Assembly (NCBI GenBank): GCA_964016885.1
Contig: OZ024741.1
Coordinates: 43,276,001 to 43,340,000, forward strand
Reading direction: 5' to 3'
Source: Eledone cirrhosa
Lineage: Eukaryota
DNA length: 64,000 bases
This document shows, piece after piece, positions 13,914 to 29,252 of the stretch. The notes beneath the pieces were generated by a model. The model saw nothing but the letters and a program-made list of their open reading frames with translations, made no database searches and was not told the DNA's origin. Each line of letters begins with the position of its first letter. Position 1 is the stretch's first letter. Position numbers and translations under genes: made by a program.

Positions 13914-14155
13914 CGTTTCTGAATTTGTTTAGCAAGATTCTTTATCTGAAAACGTGTGTTGAAACCGATATTGTTATGCTTTGGGAGTGTCATGTTGCCA
14001 ATAAGAAACACACGCACCAGATGTTTCACTTCAATTTATTATAAATTAAATTAATAAATTCCTAAATTTATAAATTTATTTTATAATAAATTGAAGTGAA
14101 ATAACTGGTGCGTGTGTTTCTCATTGGCAACATGACCCTCCCAAAGCATAACACT
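13912..14155. mobile_element. Fold-back insertion in (TA)n, ~75-bp arms plus ~58-nt one-sided tail
   Basis: 13972-14044 is the reverse complement of 14081-14152; extra 13912-13970 on the left only. Confidence 0.8.
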
Positions 14156-14169
14156 ATATATATATATAC

Positions 14170-14216
<47 letters not shown>

Positions 14217-14240
14217 CAATTATATACATACGTTCCGCAC

Positions 14241-14326
<86 letters not shown>

Positions 14327-14862
14327 AGTATGTGTGGTGGTCTACCGACACCTCAGTTGGCAGGTTGGAGCACTCGAGGAGTACACAGGTTGATTTGTTT
14401 ACTCCGGAGTAATGTAAAATAAGTAAGTCAAACATGTTAAAGTTGGCTTCGTTTATTATAAATTCCTGCTATATATATTTCTGTGACAGCCATTATTGGC
14501 TGTCACCTCTTCAGGCAGTACAAATTAATGTAGAAAGAATAGGTAAGCATGGTGTTGAAAAGTGTTCCACTCTGTTAATTCATCCATATGTCCAGCTCCT
14601 GGGTGTGTTGTTAGTCCTACGAGGCACTGGAATCATATATGATTCCAGATATGATTCCAGTTCCTCGTAGGACTAACAACACACCCAGGAGCTGGATATA
14701 TCGATGAATTAACAGAGTGGAACACATTTCAACACCATGTTTACCTGTTCTTTCTACATTATTTCGGACTGCCTGAAGAGGTCACAGCCAATAATGGCTG
14801 TCACTGAAATATATATAGCAGGAATGTATAATAAACGAAGCAAATTTAACAACTTTGACTTA

Positions 14863-14866
<4 letters not shown>
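14327..14866. mobile_element. Fold-back non-autonomous PLE derivative with two HHRs (14466-14518 minus, 14769-14821 plus)
   Basis: ctgc CTGAAGA ggt(g/c)acagcc aataat ggctgtcac GAAA tatata TA gcag in both arms; ~215-bp inverted arms; ~90-nt tail on the left. Confidence 0.9.
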
Positions 14867-14902
<36 letters not shown>

Positions 14903-14985
14903 GCTTTCAATTTAGCTTTCAATATTTAATACCTTATATAAAATACATACACTTTAATATAAATACATAAATACAATTTAGCTTT

Positions 14986-15052
<67 letters not shown>

Positions 15053-15064
15053 ATATATAATTAG

Positions 15065-15770
15065 CTTTCAAAAAGGGCGATCTTGGAATGGCTAAAAACT
15101 ACCGTGGCATAACATTAATGGCAATTGCCGCAAAGATATACAATCTCATGCTGCTTGACAGGATAAGGCCTATCATTGACCCCTTGCTGAGAAAAAACAA
15201 AAATGGCTCCGCACCAACAGATCAACATCAGGGCAAATACTGACTATTCGGCGTATTTTGGAAGGCGTAAAAGCCAAAAACCTCCCAGCAACTCTCCTGT
15301 TTATTGACTTTTCAAAAGCATTCGATTCCATCCATCATGGGAGGATGAGAGAGATACTTCTAGCCTACGGCTTGCCAAATGAAACAGTACATACCATCAT
15401 GATGTTATATAAAAACACTCGCGCAATGGTGCTCTCACCTGATGGAGATACCAACTTCTTTGACATCATTGCAGGAGTACTCCAAGGGGATACTCTTGCA
15501 CCATATATTTTTATCATCTGCGTCGACTATGTATTTAGAAAAGCCCTGGACGAAAACTTAGAGCTTGGTTTCACTCACAAAGCGAAAGTGTAGACGCCAT
15601 GCAGCTCAGAAAATCACCGATGCTGACTATGCGGATGATTTAGCGGTCCTCGCTGACTACCTTAAGGATGCAACATCACTAGTTCACAGCATCGATTCAG
15701 TTGCAAAGGAAATCGGACTCTATGTCAACGCAGGCAGAACAGAATATATTTCCCTGAACCAAGACTCCTC
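15065..15770 (+). pseudogene. RTE-like LINE reverse transcriptase fragment
   Basis: KKGDLGMAKNYRGITL, LLFIDFSKAFDSI, GVLQGDTLAP and YADDLA across frameshifts. Confidence 0.92.
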
Positions 15771-16329
15771 ATCGAGTCGACAGGCTGGGCGAAGTGGAGT
15801 ATCGACCACGACTACTTCATTTTGTCATTCTGTAAGTCACATATTTCCTTAGCTAACGCGGTAATTTCTCGAAGCTCGGACCTTTTAAAAGAGTGAGTGT
15901 CTCCATACCATATTTTCTTAAAGAGGTTAGATGTAGTCCCGACATACTTGTATGTCCCTAAGTTGTCGTAATTTTGCATTGGTACACAGTGTAGGTTGAT
16001 TAAGGTCATTTTCGTCCCAATATTTAAGATAATGGTTTTCGATTGATGTTCTTATTTTAGATCGATATGTATTTAGTTCGATATTTCGAGACATAGTCAA
16101 TGATATGTGAAATATCTTTAACAAATATAATATAATTTAATTTTTTTTTTCTGCTTGCTAATTTAAGTAGATGAAATAAATACAGCAAACCATATTACAT
16201 TTTATTTATGTACTATACAGTTATGTATAGACCTTCGAGAACATGATAGACACCGCATCGGTCTCGACGATGAGATTCCACGTAGTGAGTTGAGATGTAA
16301 GATTTTGAGTATCTGATAGACACATATTT

Positions 16330-16830
16330 GAGGCATTCCGTCGGTTGCGACGACGAGTGCTCCAATTGACCCGATCAACGAAACAGCCTGGTTTTGAGTT
16401 TTGAAATTGACATGCAACTGGAATTTCACTGGGAGGTTCAGCGTGACACAGAATATGACAAAAGGCTAGTCATTCAAACAATAGTTACATCTCACTTTTT
16501 CCAGCTGAAAGAACTGGAGCAACGTGAGCAACGTGAAATATAGTGTCTTGTAAGCCGAATACCCTAACCACATATCCTTCACGCAGACACGTGTACCATT
16601 AGTGTAATTCACAAGCCACACCAGCATACCACAATGTATAATACGGTTAGACATTTGAATGACATGTACAATCCACCTGACACAATTCCTGTCAATCCAA
16701 TTTCACCTAGAAGGGTGGGGTAGACCATGGGCTATTTTAAACCACTTTCATAAGATCCCATACTGGGGGATCGAACGGAGTATCACTTGGCTGACAAATA
16801 AATGTCTTCAACACACTACTATGCTTCTGT
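16330..16830 (-). mobile_element. Two decayed SINE fragments
   Basis: ggagcaacgtg...aaatatagtgtcttg is shared with the 2040 SINE; B-box-like gttcgatccc on the minus strand at ~16768-16777. Confidence 0.6.
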
Positions 16831-17191
16831 TGATGCGATAAAATAAAAGCTAATCAAGTCCAACGGTCGATTCAAGTGTCCGTTGTACCACTAAACAGAC
16901 ACGCGTGCCATTGTGTCGGACATATAAATAAATATTTCTAGCAACCTATTTTTATTGATATGGTTAATAATGTGTTTCTTATTCTTATGATATTATTAAT
17001 GGTTAGGTTGATGTGAGTTTAAATTGTTTGTTGATATTGATGGTGATGTCGCTATAATTTGTATAACGCTTTTCTCGCTGAATTGATATTCAATTTCCAT
17101 CGATTCGTGTCGAAGTCTGGACAGAACATTTCATCAATTATGTCTTTGAAGTTTTGACTAAATCAGACAAACTTTGGCCACACACACACAC

Positions 17192-17287
<96 letters not shown>

Positions 17288-17756
17288 ACATATATATATA
17301 TACACAGACACACATATATGTATATATATAGATATATATTAGATTTTGGGGTAGTGTATGGTGCATCTCGTAATATACACTGTTAAATTCATGTACCACT
17401 TTCTAAGATCAGACGAACTTTAATTTATTGTTTCGAGTTCAACGGCTTAAAAAAATAGTTATATTACACTGTAATTAATTCATTGTAACCTCTTAAGTTA
17501 TAAAAATGTGGTTTATTACCAAATAAACCTACAATTATGTTGTCGCATGATAACATTTTGTGTAATATCAATGAGTAAAAAATCAAAAGTAATGTTTTAT
17601 GTTATAAGGATTTTTACCACATATTTCATCACTCATCCAAGGTTAACAACACTGTAAGTTATAATATAACACATTATGCAATACAATCCCATTATGCCTT
17701 TCCATTTTTGTTCCAGTAACTAGTAATATAAATACCAGCTATTATTATATTATTGT

Positions 17757-17878
17757 GTTGAGTTGGAATCCCGCCGAGGTTAACTTTGCCTTTCATCCTT
17801 ACGGGGTCGATAAAATAAAGTACCAGTAATGCTGTGGGTAATTGCTGGCCTTGTGCCAAACAGTGGAAACAATTATTA
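17757..17878 (+). mobile_element. 5'-truncated Deu/Nin-like SINE
   Basis: gcctttcatccttacggggtcgataaaataaagtaccag core. Confidence 0.8.
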
Positions 17879-18945
17879 TATTATTGTGTATATTATTTAC
17901 ATCTGTGTCGGGACTGATGGAGCTGACATTTCATTACACCCGATTCAGCCATCATTAACACAGCATTTGCTTTTCATTTAATGTGTATGAATGTATATAT
18001 CATGCAGGGCATCTTCTCCTTCATACATATTTGGTTGTTACATTTAGCATGTCGAACAAATTTCATCATCTAAGAAATATTAATCATATATTGGTCCCAT
18101 ATTATTAATGTGAAGTATATGCGGAAGATTTGAACTTCATATGCATAAACTAAATATCATAAAAACTTAGAATATACCTAGTTTATGTCTTGCAAAGTAC
18201 TCGTTGAAAGGTTACATATGTGGAACAAATGACTCTGAAAAACATTTAATCGCGTCATGTACCAATGAAAGTTAGTCTCTCAAAATAGAACAGTTTCCAA
18301 CTCACGGTTTCACATCAAGAATTTGGGAAACAGACAGAAAAAAATGACTATATCTATTCTAATTATGTAACTGTTTGGGAAGAGATTAGATTTTATTGCT
18401 GTAAAGTTTATACATTATGTACCAGTAACATATAGTTATAAAATATCACAATTTCTTGATTTCATCTTAATGTTTTCGGCTAATTAAAAATGCAGTATCC
18501 TTTCTATGGAATTCAAAATACTTGTACTTAAGAATGAAATCAATATTAGTAGAATCGATGGTTTTCTGCTGAAATATTCTATCTTTGCCTTCCATCTTCC
18601 AAATAAACTTTTATATACGTCTATTTTATTTAGTTACATATTCATTCACACAGGTTCTTTCCTCTATCACAAATATGCTAATCTGAACAACAAGTCTAAC
18701 TCCAACCCCAACACAATTACCATATTTTCCTGTGTATAATTTATATTTATGTATGAGCCTGAAGCAATCATTAGTTTCACAAGAATTCCAACGTATTAAT
18801 TTAGGTCTATACATTGTAGACCTGAAGCAGGAAGAGACATAAAGAAAAAATGATAGAAAATATATGCCTTTTATATATGTGATAATTCTAAAGGTGATAT
18901 CTACCAAAAACATATTGAAGGTAGGTAAATCATCCAGATGTATAA

Positions 18946-19010
<65 letters not shown>

Positions 19011-19098
19011 ATTATGCATATGTATATCTATATATATACACACACAGACACACACAAATATATATACGTATATATGTATATATATAAATATATATATT

Positions 19099-19151
<53 letters not shown>

Positions 19152-19876
19152 GTATGTATATATTGAAGGAATAGTGTAGTAATATATCAGACGACGTGGA
19201 CATTTCAATCAATCAAAGAGCGATAATTGGAATTCAGTTCCTAAATTCTATATCGTAATGTAGCATTTATGGTAGCTCAAATATTAATTATCAATGGAAT
19301 TATTAAAGCAGACTTAAAGCTAGACATGTCGCAACTCATTTCTGCACTGTGCGCTTCGGTCGTTGAATGGGCATGTAGAGCTGGGACCGGTGCGCGATTG
19401 GATGCGGGGGTACCTGCTTTGTAGGTGGATGTAAGTGGATGATGAAGCGCGTCTACCTGAAATGGAAAAAAAAAAGTTTTGTAAAAAGGGCTATACTTGT
19501 GCACGTGCATAAGCATGTGTTTGTGTGTTTGTGTGTGTTTGTGTGTGTGTTATTATACGTCCGTACGAAGCTAAGAAGAAAGGTGTGTGTATATGTGAGT
19601 AAAGGAGTGTGTGTGCATGTAAGTACGAAGCTATGAGCAAAGGTATGCTAATATAAGGGTGTGTATGTGTATATACAGAGCAGTGAAAGGAAAATTGGTG
19701 TGAGCATATATATAGTCGGCATGTATTAGTTGTAAGAGAAGCTGCCAATGATCAAGAGAAAGCGATAGGAATCTAGGGGCGTGATAATAGACGGGGTATT
19801 AGAGAAATTGGGGAGGTGAGTTGAGTCCAAGGGGGGAATAGGACCCAAGGCGGTGAAGCAGACTTTGTTCAGTCCT

Positions 19877-20716
<840 letters not shown>

Positions 20717-21039
20717 TTTGGCAACCATTCAGCGTGTGGCTGAATGAGGAATTAAAATAATTAACAATCAGAGCAATATATAAGTTTGATTTGTACCTAA
20801 TTGTGTATAGTTAACTATATGTCTAGTCAATTTCTACGGGCTATTAGAAATACTAGGAAATTCTTCTATGGCTGTGGATCGCGGATAAAATACCTATCAT
20901 TTATTTATCTATTGTTTTTTCATAAGTACATTTTAAACTTATAGCCTCGTTTAATTGATTTTTTTTATGTGGTTGATTATGCGGATTGGGAGAAGAAATA
21001 CTGTATATATTTTATCAAATGATCTATGGACTTACATTC

Positions 21040-21094
<55 letters not shown>

Positions 21095-21095
<1 letters not shown>

Positions 21096-21602
21096 TAGAA
21101 TTGGTGCTCTGGAATAGCGATATATACCAAAAAAGTACCAGAAAGTACGAAACAGAGCTCTGTCAGCTTTATCTCCCCTATTTGCTGAAAATTGAAGTAA
21201 GTGAGACTGTCACTACTCTAAAACAATAGCGCAAGGTCTTCGAAATTCTTTTAATTAAGCATACAGTGTATTGAAAATACACTATATATACATTCATATA
21301 TATATATCGCTATTTCAGAGCACCAATTCTAATTTTCAATTTTTGCTTGACCGGCAAGCGCCCTGTATAATCAGTTCCTTATTATTACTGGAATTCTATA
21401 AGAATCCAACATTCATAATGTTCCGGAAACAGGCGGAGTAGTTAGCTATGATAAGTACCAAAACATATGAAACAGAGCTCTGTCAGCTTTATATCGCCTG
21501 TTTGCTGAAAATTGAAGTGAGACTTTCACTACTCTAAAAGAATAGCGTAAGGTCTTCGAAATGCTTTTAATTAAGCATACAATGTATTGCAAAATACACT
21601 AT
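21095..21602 (+). mobile_element. Partial tandem HHR element (HHR 21444-21488; truncated copy 21135-21167) with short inversion
   Basis: agct ATGATAA gtac...GAAAC agagctct GTC agct. 21135-21282 duplicates 21455-21602; 21095-21123 is inverted at 21304-21333. Confidence 0.7.
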
Positions 21603-21604
21603 AT

Positions 21605-21692
<88 letters not shown>

Positions 21693-22243
21693 AAAATATT
21701 ATATAATAATGATAGTGAGTAAAATCGAAGTTGCAGGTAGCATCTCTCGAAAAACGATCCTCAGAAACCTGCCCAAATACTCGATAAGATAATATCGATG
21801 GATCTATAAATTTATATCTTAGAGTAATAAACATACGTTAACGGTGTTAATGAATGCAAACAGGTTAATACGAAATATCCCTAATTAGTTTCTGTGAAAT
21901 CCTGAAACAAGAATCCAAATTGTGCAATGTGCAAGTCTGCAATCTATCAAGATCGAACGCGGAATCACTTTTTCAACAGAAATAACGTTCTGAGTGCCAT
22001 CCACTCGGTGCATTGTGTCTGCTGTTAATACTATAGTATCAGCTATAGTAGCGCGGTCACGTGTTCTTTCTCAAGGAATGAGGAAGAATTACATATGGAT
22101 TTTTGGCGGGTCAATTCGAAGTGTGAAGAAAGGAATCAACTCACAGCCTCTGAATTAAAGCTCTCGACCAAGTTATCAAATAAACAGAACTCATTGATCA
22201 ATGAAAAATCAATTAAATAATATATAATATATAATATATAATT

Positions 22244-22352
<109 letters not shown>

Positions 22353-23139
22353 ATGTATATAATATGAATGTGTATGTGTCTACTTGAGTATATATATGAG
22401 TGTGTTTGTGTTTTAATAATTTCTCTTAAATGCAAAGAGACCCAATTTCTAACTAAAATATACTGCATATGTGGATCTGTATATTTTGAGCTATATGTGT
22501 GCATCTATGTTTCTATTTCTATACGTATATATTGGATATGCCGATAATATAAGCAACATTTCTGAGATATTTTGAATATTTTTCCAATTCGGTGAATTAT
22601 CTGTAATTTCGTAGTTAACTGTACTCTTCTGCTTCTGTGAAGCCTAGCTTGTCAATATTTCTGTTGAGAGAGTTCGTAACATATCAAAATGCCCCAATAA
22701 TCGCAGGTAAAAAATCGAAATGTAACCTCGTTGCTGAATACCTAGGGGATCCCTATTAATTTAGAATGAATATTCTCCTTTTCACTAATCATTAACGGTA
22801 TTTTAACTTCTGATACGCAACCAATTCCCACACCTGTGAATGTTTTTTTTCTATGCACCATATTTCTATTTCTGGTCTGTAATATTTACTGTGAATTTTA
22901 ATTGGAATATTTCACAAACAGCAATTCGTATTATGTGTGATCATGCCCTTTTTTATGCCTCAGATATTTCTTTAGCATTTTCTTTCCGAGATTGTGAAAG
23001 CATATTCTTCAAAGTGAGACACATGATGCCACTTGTTTGTTAAATATGGTCTATTTTGATTATATATATTAATTTAACTTCCAAGCTTTATGACAAGAGA
23101 ACCATGCATCAATTTCATTTAATAAGCATACATATTTTT

Positions 23140-23405
23140 ATCCGCGTGATTCGTTGTAGCAGGGCAATGCAACTTTCAGATGGTGTGGAATGTATTTTCG
23201 GTCATCATTCATGGAAAATTTCTCAAGAAGTATCTTCCCATCTCTCGTGATATTATCTGCCAGGTGCAGACACATTTGTTGTATGGATGGGCACCCATGC
23301 CCTGTGGTTTGTAGACATTGGCGAAATGATATATTGCGATAGTCAGACGCTTTTTGGGTCGATGTTAAGCCTCTGCCACCCTGTACACGTCGTTTCCGCA
23401 TTAGT
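23140..23405 (-). pseudogene. Probable decayed non-LTR retrotransposon fragment
   Basis: RKRRVQGGRGL resembles the post-RT PRxxGGRGL motif; single motif only. Confidence 0.4.
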
Positions 23406-23899
23406 GCTGTATATATGCATTTTTAGTATTTATGTATGTGTGTATGTTTGTATGTAAGTATTTGTTTATTTGTGTATGTATGTTTATATTGAGATATCGG
23501 CCTGAAAGTAACAAGTGTATGAACAATTCACGAACAGTAATGCGGAAAGACTAAAGCATGTGGTCAAAATATAACAGCTTTGACTGCTAGGAATATAACT
23601 AGGAATATGAACTGTACAACTGAACATACAGAACATCTTTCAAATATCCGACAGAGAAGATACATGTGGGTAATTCATCGTCTTTTTTACTTACAGGCTT
23701 ATATTATTTAGGATTCTCCAGACGGCACGGCTCTAGTTTAGGATCACCTAGCTCATTCTAATATTTTGTTGTTTATAATACTATGTACAATGTCAAATTA
23801 TGCAATTGTTATTTAACTAAGCAGAGTTGGTTGTAACGTGATAAAAGTTTTCCTCTAAGTTTATCCCAGGTGATATACATTTTAAAGAGGGTATTGATA

Positions 23900-24079
23900 T
23901 AGAAGCTCGTGCTGAAAAGTTCCTATTTAAAGGGTATCGCGAGAGGGTAGTGCTGTTACCTTTACGCGTGAGGTAGGACCTCTGCAATGAGTGTGTAAAT
24001 CTGTGAAGGAAATATGTTGAATAAACTTATAATTATTTTATTTTACCCAAAGCCAGGAAGTTTTCAGCACCCACTCGTA
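23900..24079. mobile_element. Tc1/mariner-type MITE
   Basis: Imperfect TIRs gtgctgaaaagttcct / aggaagttttcagcac, right end ...ctcgTA. Confidence 0.65.
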
Positions 24080-24770
24080 ACAGATATTCATATGTGGATG
24101 TTTATATTTGATTTCTTTGTACCTTGTGCTCATCCGAACCTACAAAGAAGTGATAGTACTTTTATGCTATTATTGTTGTTGGTATTGGTGGTGGTGTTGT
24201 TGTTATGGTCTTGATGTATTTGGGTAGATATAAGGGATTAGATATGTCACTTCCTGTTTGTTTATAATTTCCATGCGTCAATATCAATCACCAATTATCA
24301 TGACTTAACAGATAAACTATTGAAACAAATTTTATGTTGCGTTTATCATCGTATGTAATATTAGTTGTTCTTTTAATTATTTATGTGTTTTACTTTTATC
24401 TCATTCTAGAATTTAATGTAAAAACACAAAACAACATAGTGTGTAGTATCGTACTGCAAAACATATTCTGCTTCAATAGTATGGAAACGTTTCCAAATTT
24501 AAAATTCTTCAAATATATATTTATCGGTTGAAAAATCACTCCTGATTATACAGCGTTTGTTCTTTTCAATTACAGAGACTTTTATAACCGTAAAAGTTTT
24601 CACCCAGTAACATTTCTCTCATATCTTTTACATACAAAATAGAAGTCAGAATACTGTAAATATTATCGAAAGTAATGTGATTGTAAATGTGGCACTCATG
24701 CATAAAGTCGGCAAATCTCTCTCTTACGCTGTATATATATAAATATATATATATATATATTTATATATAA

Positions 24771-24870
<100 letters not shown>

Positions 24871-24875
24871 AAGTG

Positions 24876-24914
<39 letters not shown>

Positions 24915-24950
24915 TTATATATATAAGTGTATATATATATATATATATAT

Positions 24951-26791
24951 ATACATTTAGAAACACACAGATACATGCGGACACACACATATATACATGA
25001 ATGCATCCGCACCCAACTGTGAGTTAAGGGTGCCAACTTCACCGATGTTGCTCAATGAATGACTGGGACAGACCAATTCAGTTTGAACCAGACTGAACCA
25101 GTATCAGAGTTAAAAATACATTATGAAGAGAGAAGAAACATTTAGATATAATTAGTAATAAAATGTATCATACCTAAACTGTTCCTAAATTCCTCGACTA
25201 CGTAGTTTCATGGCATAAACAAAAACAATATATCAAAGATATAGAGTCCTTGCGAGGTCTGCCGACTTATCAAGAGGATACCTCATTTTACTAGTCTCAA
25301 GAACGCGTCTACACGACGTGAGAAAGAATCCCAAAAGGCGGAGGGGGAGATAGTCACGCGATATAACGGTCGAGAAACAGAGCTAAGCCTCCTATAACCA
25401 CGAAAAAAATACCACGGAGGCGGAGGGGGCATTCATATCGAGGCCGTAGAAGAGGTAGTGAAGAAGGCGAGAAGTATGAGTAATGGAAGCTTTCCAGTTG
25501 TCCCCACACTTCAAAGATTGCTCGACCAGAGGGAGTTATTAATACATTTAGAAACACACAGATACATGCGGAAACACACATATATACATGAATGCATCCG
25601 CACCCAACTGTGAGTTAAGGGTGCCAACTTCACCGATGTTGCTCAATGAATGACTGGGACAGACCAATTCAGTTTGAACCAGACTGAACCAGTATCAGAG
25701 TTAAAAATACATTATGAAGAGAGAAGAAACATTTAGATATAATTAGTAATAAAATGTATCATACCTAAACTGTTCCTAAATTCCTCGACTACGTAGTTTC
25801 GTGGCATAAACAAAAACAATATATCAAAGATATAGAGTCCTTGCGAGGTCTGCCGACTTATCAAGAGGATACCTCATTTTACTAGTCTCAAGAACGCGTC
25901 TACACGACGTGAGAAAGAATCCCAAAAGGCGGAGGGGGAGATAGTCACGCGATATAACGGTCGAGAAACAGAGCTAAGCCTCCTATAACCACGAAAAAAA
26001 TACCACGGAGGCGGAGGGGGCATTCATATCGAGGCCGTAGAAGAGGTAGTGAAGAAGGCGAGAAGTATGAGTAATGGAAGCTTTCCAGTTGTCCCCACAC
26101 TTCAAAGATTGCTCGACCAGAGGGAGTTATTAATACATTTAGAAACACACAGATACATGCGGACACACACATATATACATGAATGCATCCGCACCCAACT
26201 GTGAGTTAAGGGTGCCAACTTCACCGATGTTGCTCAATGAATGACTGGGACAGACCAATTCAGTTTGAACCAGACTGAACCAGTATCAGAGTTAAAAATA
26301 CATTATGAAGAGAGAAGAAACATTTAGATATAATTAGTAATAAAATGTATCATACCTAAACTGTTCCTAAATTCCTCGACTACGTAGTTTCGTGGCATAA
26401 ACAAAAACAATATATCAAAGATATAGAGTCCTTGCGAGGTCTGCCGACTTATCAAGAGGATACCTCATTTTACTAGTCTCAAGAACGCGTCTACACGACG
26501 TGAGAAAGAATCCCAAAAGGCGGAGGGGGAGATAGTCACGCGATATAACGGTCGAGAAACAGAGCTAAGCCTCCTATAACCACGAAAAAAATACCACGGA
26601 GGCGGAGGGGGCATTCATATCGAGGCCGTAGAAGAGGTAGTGAAGAAGGCGAGAAGTATGAGTAATGGAAGCTTTCCAGTTGTCCCCACACTTCAAAGAT
26701 TGCTCGACCAGAGGGAGTTATTAATACATTTAGAAACACACAGATACATGCGGACACACACATATATACATGAATGCATCCGCACCCAACT
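24951..26791 (-). mobile_element. Retrozyme-like tandem array, ~3.1 x 591 bp, one HHR per unit (25192-25277, 25783-25868, 26374-26459)
   Basis: Identical ORF-track entries recur every 591 bp. Minus strand reads cctc TTGATAA gtcggca...tgccac GAAAC tacgta GTC gagg; (TA)n flanks. Confidence 0.9.
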
Positions 26792-26806
26792 TATATATAT
26801 ATATAA

Positions 26807-26867
<61 letters not shown>

Positions 26868-27044
26868 CTGTATATGTAAATATATATATACATACATACG
26901 CATATATATATGTACATATATATATACATATATATAATATATATATGTATATGCATGTATGTATGCATATATATATATATATATATCTTCTTCTCCTTCT
27001 TCTTCTCCTCCTCCTCACATATTCCTGAGAGAGAGAGAGAGAGT

Positions 27045-27945
27045 CATGGGAGCAGTGACTTCAAATATTCCCTCCAGCGGGTCCCGTCAGAAGTAACGAT
27101 CTCAAATTGATCTGGCTGGATCATCAACTGAGAGAAGCCGAGTTAATGGGATATATACAACCATCTTGCTCAGATATATCCCTGGGTCTCATGCTGGTTG
27201 GTTTTGCCCGTAACATTAGTCATGTAATTCTTTCACTAGACATTATCACCATATGACTGTATTAGCGGAGCTGTGATCCCTCAATTCGCAGAAGTAGCCG
27301 ATCTACCTGGAAGGAATCTCTGATCTCTGAGCTACGTACTCTATCGGCCTCTTGCATTCGTGATCCTATTATTGTGGCTATATAATAACCTCCCTTCTTC
27401 TGATGACCGAATGTTGAATCTGGCGCATTACTGCACCACCCCCTGCAATACTTGCTCTTAATTCGGCCTCCTACCTTCCATGGCTCGTGAAAACTGCCTC
27501 AAAATACTTGAACCTATCTACCTGCTTCAGAGGAATTCCACGCACATGTAGAGTGCATTCAATGTCTCATTCTTCAAAACACTGATTTTCATTCCTGCCC
27601 TGTAGCCCTCAACAGCAAACCTATCAAGTGCATGTCCGATTTCAACTTTCGACGAGTTATGTAGTACAATGATGTTTGCAAATTCCAGCTAGTTGATCCT
27701 ATACCCGCCAGTCTTGGGTTCCCATCAAGCCCGGCTGCGTATATCAAACCTGTACATGACGATTATGAACGTAAAAGGTGAGAGTAAGCCCCCTTAGCGG
27801 AGTCCAACACCCACATTCAATAGTCTTAGCTTAGCACTATTTATCCGAACTCAAATACTTGGGCAATCATATTGAGACATCACTAAAAAAAGAAACTGTC
27901 CATTGATTCCATACTCCAGCCTAGCCTTCCACATGTCATGCACTG
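27045..27945 (-). pseudogene. Decayed RTE/BovB-like LINE RT and C-terminal fragment
   Basis: Minus-strand translation shows GLR*G.LLSPFTF, LEFAN (YADD remnant), GMKIS and LKQVDRFKYFEAVFTSHG. Confidence 0.75.
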
Positions 27946-28257
27946 AACATATTCTGAAATTGTTCCTTTTGAAGCCATAAAATTAGAAAAAAATGCGGAA
28001 TAGAATATTAAGGAATGCTCTAGTATTTATGTTCGTATGAATGTTGCTAAGTGGAAATCATATGATATGGTACCCATTCTACGATGGTGCTATATATTAA
28101 ATTATTAAACATATATGTATGAGTGGATGTATGTATCTTTGTATCTATGTTTATATGTTTATATGTCCCTGTTTATGAATGCATATAGGTAATACTATAT
28201 GTATGCACGCACACACACACACCCATATATATATGTGTGTGTGTGTGTATATATATA

Positions 28258-28288
<31 letters not shown>

Positions 28289-28289
28289 T

Positions 28290-28365
28290 GAGAGAGAGAG
28301 GTGAAGAGAGGAAAAGAGAATGAGAGAGAGAGAGAGAGAAAGAGAAAGAGAAATAGAGAGAGAGG

Positions 28366-28440
<75 letters not shown>

Positions 28441-28490
28441 AGAGAGCAGACAGAGAGCGAGAGAAATAGAGAGAAAGGGAGAAAGAGAGT
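28290..28490. repeat. (GA)n-rich microsatellite
   Basis: Direct reading. Confidence 0.97.
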
Positions 28491-28964
28491 CAGGCTGAAA
28501 ATGATATGAGAGAAAGCGAGAGAATAATGATCGGTCTTAAGTTCTAAAGAAATATTTTTCGGAGATTGTATATTTTATAAATATCATTTATTTATATATT
28601 AACATATTAAATCGCTTAGTTCAGTTACAGAAAATCATGTTCTAGAATATATTTTAAATGTAGGAATGTTCTTTCGACATCAAACGTGGTTTCGCATATA
28701 TTTATGGATGTGCAGATTGTGTGTGGATGATACGCTCTTGACTATATCATAAGTTTCAGTATATATAGCTACCATTCCTGCTCCAGCACATATTCACTCA
28801 CTCACCAAGTCACTCATCCACCTACTCATTCAGTCTTTCATTCACTCACTCAGTCACTCACTTACTCACTCCCTCATTCTATCTATCTCTCTGATTTTCT
28901 TTTCCCCCTATCTTTTGCCTACCTTCGGATTTATAGACACTCACTTGCGCATACACACACATGC

Positions 28965-29025
<61 letters not shown>

Positions 29026-29170
29026 TATATACATATATATATGTGTATATATATATATACGATTATTAATAAAAAATATAATAATTGAAAATATATAAGA
29101 CCACAATGCATAGAAAATAATAAACACATGTACAAACTACAAATATACTCATGCAGGCTTAGAGTCACGT

Positions 29171-29251
<81 letters not shown>

Positions 29252-29252
<1 letters not shown>

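Noticed and set aside
21732-21774. Minus-strand CTGAGGA-tcg-ttttt-cga-GAGA hammerhead-like motif
   Set aside because: GAAA is broken and stems I and III are out of register; single copy.
25354-26763. Identical 75-aa ORF repeated three times (and at 45361-45588)
   Set aside because: By-product of the 591-bp repeat; non-ATG start and no recognisable domain.
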